Shown piece by piece: positions 25,314 to 36,714 of a DNA stretch of 64,000 nucleotides (the stretch's first letter is position 1; each line of letters starts with the position of its first letter). Both the position numbers and the translations under genes were made by a program. Source of the DNA: Trichosphaerium sp. ATCC 40318 (Eukaryota; Protista; Tubulinea); the NCBI GenBank assembly GCA_038496445.1, contig JALMLS010000304.1, forward strand, positions 248,001 through 312,000, given 5' to 3'. The notes below the pieces were generated by a model. The model worked only from the letters and a program-made list of their open reading frames with translations. It did not search any database and was not told the origin of the DNA.

Positions 25314-27659
25314 TTATCTATCTTGTTGTGCTGAATACAACCCAAAGGTGCTAGTATACTGAACGATCTTACTTCCTTCAGTTTGTACACCAAACCTATC
25401 ACGTGGTCCAATCTCTCCACCACAAAACATGCTATAAAACTCATGAGTTAAATAAGTTGAACAAAAGAGAACATACCCAGCGAGTGGTACAGAGCCAAAA
25501 GCGCGATTAAAAGCGTGAGGATCAACATCTTTCTTGCCATAAAAGTGTTCACCACGTGCAGCACAGCAAAATAGGAGGCCTAGGGTAAGTGTTAAAGAAA
25601 TCAATAAACAGACTACTTTTGCTTACCACCAGTAACGTTTGGTAACTCTCGTCGTGCTTTAGATAGCTTGAAATCAAGGTCTTTTACTGACTGCTCAGGA
25701 GATAAAACATAGAATCTAATATAGTGATTGTTAAGGGTTCCAGGCGGTATCTCCTCCCTAAAAAGGTTAGCAAAAAATGTTTAAACAACCAAAGAACAAA
25801 ATGCAACATTATGAGATAATCTACTATTTTGCTTTTTGCTTTCTTACCATAGCTTCTTTATGCACATCAAGCCAAAAACAAAGTCAAAACGAACACAAAT
25901 ATAACCATGCTCAAACGTAGCGTCGCCCTTGAAAAACCTTAGAAAAAAAAGAAAAAAGTGTTGATAGTAAATCGTGTTGAAAGCATACCTCCTCGATAGA
26001 TATTGCTGCATAGCTTGCAATTCCTGGCGGTGGGTCATCTTCGTAGATAACATGAGTTTCAGGGTCTTCTAATTGTTGTACTACAAGGCTACAAATAGAG
26101 AATGAGCGCTTATAACTCGTACTACAAATAAACAAATATCCAAAAAGAGAAAACAACGCACTCGGCAGCTTTTATGATTTTATATGTTCCACGGCACTCC
26201 CAACCACGTGAAGATATCGCAACCGCTTTATCATGTTTTTGATTAACAAGTAAGCCTGTAATAAACAGTTTTACTAACACTTCACAAAAAAAAAAATATG
26301 ACAAAATTTCAAAAAAACAGTTCTGAAAAAAAAAAAAAAAAACTCCGTACAAACAACGCCATCATTTACACTAACCATCTCTCCGTTTCTCATAGCGAAA
26401 AGAGAGTCTTCTTCAGCTTCAACACCTACGAATCCACCAACTAAAAAATAATAAACAAGAGCACATGCCATCAAGTAGTCGTTTTACAAAAACAATTGGA
26501 CGAAGAAAAAAAAATCTCGAAACTAACCAATTGGTGTTGAAGGCGAAGATATTTGTAACTGCTTTACTAGATCATTTGTCTCTTCCCATTGGCTAAGAGT
26601 AGAAATAACAACAACACTACTACTCCAACCATCTCGTGCACACTCTAAATACAAATATTTTTAGTCATCTTTTTCATTTGGGTATGCTTTTCTGTTTTAC
26701 ACAATCGTGAGAGTTGTCACGTGCGCACTTGATACAAAAACGACTAAACGGAGAAAAGATAACGTACTGGTCAACATATCAGATGGAAGTTTTGATGAGG
26801 TACAAAACGTGCGGACATCAGCTCCAGGATTATTCGCAATATAGATAGAAAGACCATAGGTATCAAGATGTTCTTCTGAAACGTTGTTTGGACGTGTACC
26901 AATAATACCAAAACTGCAAGCTCCAATTATCCGTGTATCAGATGGAAAGTATGTAGCTAGTTCGTCTTGCCTATTATCAATCGTGTTAGGGCATTACAGG
27001 GACAGCAAAACGATTCACAATCGAAAAATAACATAAACTCCAAATCTTCGGTTCAAAATAAAAAACGAGAGCTTGGAAAGCAAGATTGACCAAAAAGTGT
27101 TTTTGTGTTCGAAATACGTACATTTCAGCAACGTCAGTGTAATGTGCAGTGTAGAACAATACTACAATATTTGGTTTCGCTCGAAACTTGCACTGTGTCA
27201 TTGCTTCGCGCAGTGCTTTAACTGCTGAAGTTGTAGTGGACAAACCAACGAAACACTCTTCGCGTGAGTTAAAAAGTAATCTCTATCATGCCAGCAGCGT
27301 ACCAGGTTGTTTGTTTACATCATCAACGCATTTGCGCCACGATTTACACACTAGCGTCTCGTAAATTTAAAAAACGTATTGGAGGCCAAAATTCGTTTTC
27401 GAATACTCGTCATATAGCGAGATTACTCTATTTGCGCTTATTTATAGCCATTGCGTACCTTGAGTGCTTACACAAAGCGTTTTGCATTGTACAAAATTAA
27501 GAATATGCGCAACTAGCTCTCGTGGTATCGTATTTATACTGGGTGCTAAAAGACAATTTGCGTTAGCGATATTTTTTTTCAATAAAACGTATCAGTACAA
27601 ACAGTACCCAGAGAATTAGGCGCAACGCTACGCTTACGTGACCCTGGAGTTGTATTCAT
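25314..27659 (-). CDS. F-box plus FIST domain protein (FBXO22-like)
   Basis: Spliced F-box INTIPRELVAHILNFV...VCKSWR. FIST-N motif IIGACSFGIIG. FIST-C motif GLLFCCAARG...PLAG|MFCGGEIGP...YTSTFG. Confidence 0.8.
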
Positions 27660-27942
27660 TACAAAACAGGCGATGCAGTAATTATGTAAAGGACTGACGC
27701 AGAATAAAAGAAAAAAACGGATAAACTTTCTACCCGGAGGATTGTTTGATGTATTTACGAAGTATAACAAATCCTAACAGGTAGCAAAAGAAAAGAAGGA
27801 TTATTTTGTTTGTTTTTGATTAAAAAATGATTAAAGCGTTGGCCAACGCTTAATAGAATTGTAATTGACTTGTTTTCTGCATTTTGGGATGAATCACGTG
27901 GAGTGTATTTAATTTAAAAGGTGTAGACTATTTTAAATGTTA

Positions 27943-30527
27943 TTAATACGTACTTGGCGCTAGTGAGATGTAACGCGATGATGTGGGTATAGACATATCG
28001 TTTTCTGCTTGGTCTTTTAGTTGTTGTTGGTCTTGATACACCCTCTGCGACAACGGCGAAGAAAACGAAACAAAAAGTAAGTTGACTGTTTGGTCTTCTG
28101 GAAAAATAAAGGAGAAGAAAACCACGTGGTATTCAATATTACTGTATTTGGTTTAATCAAGGGCGGACTTGGCTGGGAACAAAGAAGGCTCCAACTAGTC
28201 TTTTGTACGTACTGTGGCAACGTTGACTCACTATAGGTAGTGGTAATGGGGCGATTGAGATAGCAGTGGACGTGATACGAAAAAAGAAAACCAAAACGGT
28301 CGTTTGTTAGGTTTTTAATAGCACTTCAAGTGTTGTGACTGTTTGGTCTTTAGCTTGTGTAGGTTGTACTTCGCTCAAGCTTTTTTGTTGTTCCTCGCTC
28401 ATATACAATGGTGTGGGATATCTAATGGTACGTGGTACGTCTTTGTTTCCCAATAGTTTCTTAAGAAGAAGAATTTCTTCAAAAAGATAGAATGCGGCAA
28501 TTGGAATGCTTGGTCCAGTACTTTGTTCAATCACGTTGTATACCTCAATTACCAATGCTACCAATTATCAGGGTATAAATTTAGAGTTAATACTAACCAT
28601 CTAGTGTCATTCTAAGTTCTGTAAGCGTATTCTTGTCGTTGGATAACGGATTTTCAGATAGCCAAAATTCTCCAGGAACATTGTGAAAAAAGAAATCATC
28701 AATGACCTAAAAGTAATGTTCATTGAGATATCTGACGTGAAAGAAGTTTAATAAACGAACCTTAAAAAGTTTAGGAAAGTAAGGAAATCTTATTCCAAAC
28801 TCATGATCTCCAGTATTCTCAGGAGACCACCACAAAGTTTTTTCTCCTTTTTTGAAAGCAACAACAAAATTCGAAAATCCTGAGTAGCTATGAAGAAGAG
28901 CAATGTTTTTCTCTGCTAGAAGTTTGCTAACTTGTTCGAATTTTTGCATCATTATAGGGCCAGGTACCTCTAAGTATAAATGAGTAGAGACATATTAGTT
29001 TGGTACTTACCTGGAGCTTCTAGAGTTTCTAAGTAGTCGCAGAAATTCTCTGAAGTTATCCACATAGATGTTTCATCCTTGCTCCTTTCTACGAGTCGAA
29101 CGAATAACTTTTGACGTTTTATCTTACCAAAAAAACAGCGGTTACAAATGATCTGCGTACTAGTTTCTTTAAAACAGCTAACGATATGTTGTGCAACGTA
29201 GAATCGTGTATCTTGTACAGCGTTTATCATATTGGCCTTAAAAAGGCGGGTAAGAGTACCGAGTATACCTTGCTCAAACGTTAGGTTTAGAATGGAATCG
29301 TATAAGCACCTGATACATATAAATCTCTTGATTCCGTCAGATGTGTGCCAGTAAAACAACTACTAATACAAATGTTTGACCATCCTCTCTTCTTGCTCTC
29401 CAAGGCGAAAATACACTCAATGGCTTTGTGAGCAGTTTTTACATCATCTTTTACTCCAAAGGTATTAAACAGGTATTCTGGGTTGATCTTATATCGCTCT
29501 TTTGCACGTGACAAGTTGATTATAATCGTATGATGTTTTGGCATTGTCTTGTTCAAAAAATCAAATCTGTCGAGAATTTTTTCGATACATTCTTTGTTGA
29601 ACTCAAGCAAGGCATCAACATTATTTACCTTTATCAAGTCTTTTGCATTGATAAAATATATACTCTTACTCGCCTTTTGAAGCATTTGTATTGACCGTTC
29701 TTTAATATCCTGAACTTTACGATCAGTTGTACTTTCCACGTCCATAAGCAAGTCCATATGATCTCCACCAATTTCTATCCATTGTATGACAACATAGACT
29801 GTATCCTCTTTGTACAGTTAAAACTACAGTTTCACATAAAGCGCACATACCTGGTATTTTGCCTACAGGAATGCTGTGTTCCTCAGCGAAAAATAAAAAG
29901 TTCTCAAGTGTAACCAAGCAAGTCCCACGTCCAACATCAGTATCCTGCGCAACACTTAGTGAAAAAAAACCAACTAGACGTCACGTGATTAAAACGTTCT
30001 TCAACACGTGATCGAATTTTTAACTTACAATGAAAGGAAGCTCATCACGTGGGTTTTTGTTTGATCCATAACCTTAAATTCGACGTGAATAAAGGCGTAA
30101 GAGAGACTGAGTGACATACGCGTATTTACAAAGGTTGATGTAAGGATTGGAAAATCGCACATAAAGTCTGGCCAATTGACATCGTTATGATGGGTAAATG
30201 AGTGTACAAACCTGCGGAAACTTAGTTTTAGGTGGTTTCGGCGTTACCTACGTTGATTTACCCGCGTTTTGATCGCCAAGGAGTAAGAACGCGTATACTT
30301 GTGTGCCAGCTCTTACCTTTGGTTTTAAGCGCCATTTTTATGCTTGTTTTGTACCTTCATAGCAAATGGGCTGTCAAGTTCCACAACTTCTTCATGATAT
30401 AAGTCTGGCTGAACTAGTCAGCGTATTAACTGCATAAGGAGCGTACTTGGTGGTATGTATTTTGTTGAACATAACCAAAACTCGTTTTCTTGTATGGAAG
30501 TAGCTCCTCTTTCGAAGGGTACTCCAT
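27943..30527 (-). CDS. Divergent P-loop GTPase-like protein, multi-exon
   Basis: Spliced FLLLGDQNAGKST Walker A motif. VIQWIEIGGDH sits at the G3 position. The long C-terminal region is unrecognised and the last exon is uncertain. Confidence 0.55.
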
Positions 30528-30618
30528 TGCACTGCGTTATAACGGCTATTGTACAACCCTACAAATTTAACTGATTGGGTCATATTCCGGTCAACAGCCG
30601 TTGCTTTTAGCAAGAAAC

Positions 30619-31131
30619 ATGTCTCACGCTAATATAACACCTGATTACCTCGCTTTCAGCTTTGAAAAATGGACTCAAGACGTTTACGGCAAAGGTTTGC
30701 TAAATCTAATTATTATTTAGCGCTAACACCACCAGGTAAAATACTCGATGGTCTTGCGGTGTTTACAGCGAAAGTACCTGCAGAAGCTACATTCGATAAT
30801 TTCATGTTCGTATACGCCTGTATGGCATTATTTTAATCGATTTAGGCTCGGTAGAGCTGGTTTAGAAAGCCTCGATCCGGAAACAGCTAGAGACATTGTA
30901 TTGAAGACGTTAGCCGGTCAACTGCATAAAACGCTCGTCAGAGTCAACAATAATACATGTATGAGCAATCTCATTCAAACTAGTAACAAAACTAACTTAC
31001 AAATAGATGTAATAACGCGTGTGGACATGCTAGGATACTACGGTACAGCAATTGATGGAACACACGGCTTGATGGTATTACAATCGTTACACAAGGTATT
31101 TCTTTTGCAACTCCGTAGAGAACATACTTGA
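30619..31131 (+). CDS. Small hypothetical protein, 4 exons
   Basis: In-frame splicing gives MSHANITPDYLAFSFEKWTQDVYGK|GKILDGLAVF...|LGRAGLESLDPETARDIVLK...|...LRREHT. Confidence 0.5.
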
Positions 31132-31463
31132 GGGTAGCGTAAACTGTCTCTACGCTATATTTCAACGTTAAACTGACAAGTTTAGACACATGTCATATTT
31201 GCTACTTACCCAAGTACTTCATCTTCAATTCAAGCCATAAGGCTTGTAGAACAACGTGCGAAACCAATTTTATCAGGTCAATCATAGGAAAAACAAAAGC
31301 AAACAAAGGTGTAACATAAACAAAGAAATGAAAAAAAACAAGAAAGGCGTGTACAAACAAAATAAACCGAGAAATGTACTTTTTTTTCTTCGATGACAAC
31401 AATAAGCAATGTACACATAAACTAATTTGAATATCAAAAACACACATGTAATATACGTCTGTC

Positions 31464-32728
31464 TTATGAATAGACAGGGTTCTTGATATTTAGATCATCA
31501 TGTGTGGCTTGTGGATTGTATTCTTCAACTTCTTTTCTTGGTGGTAGGTCCTTTGGAGTTTTTATGTTCCATGCTAAGCCAACCTTTTTCATGGCTAGTA
31601 GCGTAAGGTATCCAATATCCAACTCGTTCTTCTTTAGTGCTAGGTTCGCTGATCCGGGGAAAGCGTGGTGGTTGTTATGGTAACACTCACCTGCTGTGAA
31701 GACAGCTTGAGACATCTGAGCCCATTTCAATGATCCTAAAAATGGCCATCCTTTAACGTTGTATCCTTGAATAGCTGCGCCTTTCACATGATACGATTTT
31801 TCTTGCAAGTCACCTTTGTTATGTGCGTACCATCCTACAAAGAAATGACCATGAACGCTTACTGAGACACGTGCACATATTCCCCAAACAACCCAACTCC
31901 AACCGCCCAAGGAGTAGAACAACATTGCCCAAGGCAATTGCTGTAGCATCCATGTTTTCTCCATCCAAGCATAAACAGGATCCTGTCCTATACGCTTTTC
32001 GGGTACGAATTTGGGTGGATTATCTAGTTTGAAACCGCAGTGCATCTGCCAGAATGCGTCAGTCCAGAAAGGTTGTTGTTGACCATAGTAATCATGACAT
32101 TGGTTTGGAGGTTGTCTTTGAGCCCAGTCTCGAAAATCGTGAGCACGAACCATACCTAGAGGTCCTGCTATACCGACAAGTGTGCCCAGATGAACAAGAA
32201 AATACTCAAGCCATTTAGGGCAATCATAGCTATTATGAATAAATTTTCTATGCATTCCAAGTGAGTGTCCAAAAAGTATTGTTGTTCCTGTTGTCCCAAA
32301 GAAAACTGCCATATCTGTTATAAATGTAGTCGGGTCAAACGTCGCTACTGCACCAACAGCAGCCATAGCAGTCATTCCAACGTACCAACCGGCACGTTTT
32401 ATATCGTAGCTAACTTTTCCATGTAGAGCGTTGCACTTTGGCGTTAGAGGGTGGACACGAGGAACACCTGAAATCTGTTAGTAAGTCGTTTTTTTTAAGT
32501 ACTTTCCGTGTGTACCTGGTTGATAGGTTGGGTGTTTTTTGTGTAAGTCAACAGCACCGGTATTAGCCTTTACTGTTGTAGCGCAATATCGCTTTGCTCT
32601 TCTACCACAAATAAGCACTTTTACAACAGAAAATGAAACTTATGATGAAAAAGTCAATAGTACCTTTTGCTCGGATGTGAGCATTTCGTGGTTGTTTGTA
32701 CTGACGAAAAACGTTGCAGCCGAATCAT
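31464..32728 (-). CDS. Bacterial-type acyl-CoA (delta-9-like) fatty acid desaturase with a putative mitochondrial presequence
   Basis: His boxes GHSLGMHRKFIH, HDFRD and YHNNHHAFP lie in one exon of about 1 kb. Two short 5' exons encode an Arg/Ser/Thr-rich leader. Confidence 0.85.
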
Positions 32729-33128
32729 TTGCGAGTGGTTAATGAGTTTATAGTATAGTAGCAACCTTGTTAAGTCACGCCATTCTGAGTTCAGACTTTC
32801 ACTGATCCTCGAGAAGGCCTGTTTCAGGGCTTTGAACAGGCAATTTATACAACATGCTCTAAAACACAGGTTTAATCTAAGCTAAATTTGAAACAATTCG
32901 TTCAGCAAAAACGTACCACGAGTGCACCGATGGAGATCTTCAACTTTCCCAAAATTTCACAGTCAAAATATCCATCACCATACACATCAAATTTTTAACT
33001 TCAGAGCAAAGCTTGTACATGTCAAACAACGCGAATTGTTACAATGGTTTTAATTTTTTATTTTATTACAAATAAAGTGGTCAGAAGCCTTTTTTTTGTG
33101 ATGGCATGATGGTACGAGCTTCAAAGAT

Positions 33129-34784
33129 TTATTTACCTTGTAGTAAATCTTGAATAGTAGCCATCAAGTCATTATTATTGCGATACAACAAAGCAGTGCA
33201 ACGCTCTTCATTAGTAAAGCCCATATCACCTAAAACACGCAAAGCATCTGTGATTGCTTGAGAAGCTACAGGGGCTGAAGGCTCCGCATCAACAGGAGCA
33301 CTTGGCTCAGCAACTTGAATAGGTTCTTCGGTAATAACTGGTTCAGGCGTAGCTGGCTCTGGTTGTTCTGGCTCAGGTTCAGGTTCAGGTTCTTCAACTG
33401 GTTCTGGTTCTGGTTCTTGTGGTTCTTCAGGTTCATCTCTTGGTTTAACAACGAGTACATCAACCCAAACGCGGTGGCCAAAGCGGGTACCGGTTGGTGT
33501 AATAAGTCGCCAGTAAGAGACATAACGACCTGGCTCTTGTGGGCTTGTCATGACGATAGAAATAGCAACTGAATCGCCTGGCTGTACTTCTTTACCAATA
33601 TCTTGGGTTTGGGAAGCGCATAAGACATCACCTGCGTCAAGAAGTGAGAAAGAAGATAATTTTTTTGAAATTCATTTAAAAAACGCCTAAAACAATTCAG
33701 GGTACGTACCACCGACATGAGCTAGTTGTGTGCCTACTGGCCATGCGTGTTCTCCATCATTGCGCATCTCCCAGATCTTCTCAAACGAGGTACAAGGGTT
33801 CATTTCAGTGGCATCAGGGATCGTAATATTTTTTACAAAACGAGCCAAGAATCGCTTTGGTGGCTTTGTTTTTACAGGTTCTTCAACTTTTTCAGGCTAA
33901 CGAGAAACATAAGTACGAGTTTTCTTTCGAAAACGGTTTAACAAAGAAAACGCACTTCTGGTGTTGGTTCAACGACAATTGGTTCTACTGATACTACAGA
34001 AGGTTCTTCAACAGGTACTACAGGTTCTGCAGGCTTTTGAATTGGTTCTGGTTCAGCAGGAGATTGATCTCCCTTCAGGTTAGCCAATTGCATTGCAACG
34101 TATTGTTGGGCAAGTTCAGGGTTGCTTTGTACCATCTACAATGCGTTAGTCTCCTCTAGGGTAATTTAAAGCTCTGAATTTACCTTCTTCCAAATCGCTA
34201 ACACTTCCGGGCTAGAACCTAGTGGAGGAGTGGGCGTAGACACCTCAGGTGTCTTAGGTGGCTGCGGTTCCACTGGAGCTGCTTGCGGCGCGATATTCAA
34301 TGAAGGACCAGTGCTTGGTGGAGAGGCCCATACCGGCATCGATAGTGAGGGTCCAGTTGGCATATTGAGAGACGAGGCATTAATTGCGGGCAGTAACGCT
34401 TCGTTTGGGTTCAAGGTTGATACTCCAAGTTTTGAGGCTGTTATCGTTGAGGATCTGGTTGACTCGACGAGGTACAAACGCAACAAGCCTGTCTTTTGAG
34501 AAATGGCTTCGTTCAATTCCATGTCAGAGGAGACTAAAATAATCAGTTAAACCAGTACAATGAATATTGCGTATAATAAACGATTTCGGTAAAGGTAGCG
34601 TACCAGTTACAAGATCTGATTCTTCATCCATGTATTTGATGACGTAGTCATCCAAATTGAGGTACGTGAATAGTTTCTGTAATGTTGTATTGAGTTTTGC
34701 GTAACCAGGTTTATTTTTGAACGAGATCCTCCTAACGTCATCCTGGAACTTTATTTTAACGACCAAGGCGCGTTGAGCCGCCAT
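33129..34784 (-). CDS. NBR1: NBR1-like selective autophagy receptor (PB1 - NBR1/FW - UBA)
   Basis: PB1 VVKIKFQDDVRRI...YMDEESDLVT. FW domain FVKNITIPD...KIWEMRNDG...PGRYVSYWRL...FGHRVWVDV. UBA LGDMGFTNEERC...LYRNNNDL. EP-rich linker. Confidence 0.88.
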
Positions 34785-35111
34785 TACAAGCGAAAGAGCA
34801 CGTCCTAGTGGATTAAATGCTGCCTTGCTCGAATTTCTTGTGCTTTTTTGAATTTTCAGGCCAAAAACCGCGCATCAAAGAACGTAATTCTCTCTTGCTT
34901 TGCAATTTAACATAATAAAAACACTCCACAAAGGACAACCGATTTAATACTAGCATTCACCTTTCTACAAATTATTAGTGGAGAGTTGTGTACAACGAAA
35001 CTGTCAGTCAGTTCCTTGCATTTCATAACGTACAGAAAAACATTCATCGAACCTGTGGGTCATACTAAATGACTCAGCAGATATTTCTTCTCCAAAAAAA
35101 ATTGAAATAAT

Positions 35112-36361
35112 TTATTGAGTTTTAACAATACATGGTGACCCTGTTATTGGTTGGCCATCTTTTTTAACGTGAAATTCGTATTCACTATTAGCTAGAAGTA
35201 GTGATGTTGCAATTGTCCACGTGCCATTCTTGTTATCAGTTATTGTTGGTGCAGTAGCGCCGTTCTACAACAGAAGTGTGTTAATAGTTTTGACACGTGA
35301 AATATTAAAGCACTACCTCTGGGCCTGCTAACTCTACTCCAAATTGCTCATTGCCTGCACATAAACGTCTACCCTCTGAATCAATACCACTAATTTCAGC
35401 TTGGAAACTACCAACTGGGACTGTGGAAGGTGCTGTTATAACACTACGTGTTGAAGCAGCTACATTAATAAATTAATTTAATAACTTCTTTAAAAGCAGA
35501 TCAAAGGTACCTCCGGTGATTGTTACGCTCGCTTGTGTTAAATTCTGTCCACGGAATTGCACTTGGATATTGTATGTTCCAGGTTGAGATACTACGTATT
35601 GTGCAAGATAAGTTGCACCGCCACCACTTACGTTGGCAGTAGTTGTACTAGGTCCGCTAACAAATACTTAATTAAATCCATTGGGAAGAATTGTACGGCT
35701 TACTTAACGTTGACAACAAAATCTCCTGGGCTTACATTGGCAGGTTTCATTGTATCAGCGTGATACGTTTGTATTTGAAAGGAGATTGGAATACCAATTT
35801 TTCCACCTTTCTCTATACCTGGACCACTACATTTCGCTTGTACTGACGCATTCTTTTTTACTGGTGCACATGTTAACAAGTTCGGCCAAAACATTCGCTA
35901 AAAACGGTACCTAAAAATTCGTTTCCGCCACCGAAGTTTTCTACAGCACTTGAAGCTAGTACTCTGCAAAAGTAAGCAATGTATGGTGAAAATTGAACGT
36001 ACTCAAATTGCGATTTGAATAGAGCCTTGCCAGAGCGTTGAATTTCAATTTGGTGCGCTCCTGGCTTTGTAGGAGTGACTTTGAATGAATATTTACCTAA
36101 AACGGTTATTATGGCTGCATAACTAGCGCTGAAGCACCTGGTTGCTCGGAATACGCTGATAGATTGCTATTTGAGGGTCCTGTAACATAAGCTGTAAATT
36201 GGTTACTGTCAACTGTAACTGGGTTTCCAGTATCTTTACTAGCGACCAGAACAGAGAATACGCCAATTTGGTTAACGCCAATCTGGCGTGGGCCAGCAAG
36301 GTTAAATCGAACAGACTACAAGCATTTTAGTAAGTTAAAACAACAGTATATGCCATACCAT
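35112..36361 (-). CDS. Small filamin (Ig-like) repeat protein
   Basis: AKCSGPGIEKG...ISFQIQT, YVTGP, DNKNGTWTI and GQPITGSP motifs across exons. Confidence 0.75.
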
Positions 36362-36714
36362 GGCTATGGCAGTGAGTTAGTGACTGTAATGTTACTTAGC
36401 ATGAACAAGTTGCTAAGTCAAGTACCTCCAAAGATATGTTTTGGTCTAAGTTTAACAATACTACAATTTTACGAAATGGCCCGATCGCTGGCTAACTGAA
36501 ATACACAATGCGATCGTGCTTCGGCTAAATTCGCGAGTTAAGTGTTGCACAAAAAAAACGTGATTGTAGCGAATTGTACTATCTTTGCTAAAGAGTTCTT
36601 TTTAACTACTAGAGAAGCTTTGTAGCGTCATCGGGTAACAGATAAAATCACTGAAATTCAAGGGAGTTCTGATTCCTTAGCCGAGAGATTGAGGAAGTAA
36701 CTCTAACAAATAAA

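Noticed and set aside
33260-33440. Tandem ggttc(a/t) repeats
   Set aside because: These encode the Glu-Pro linker of NBR1 and are not an independent repeat or CRISPR array.
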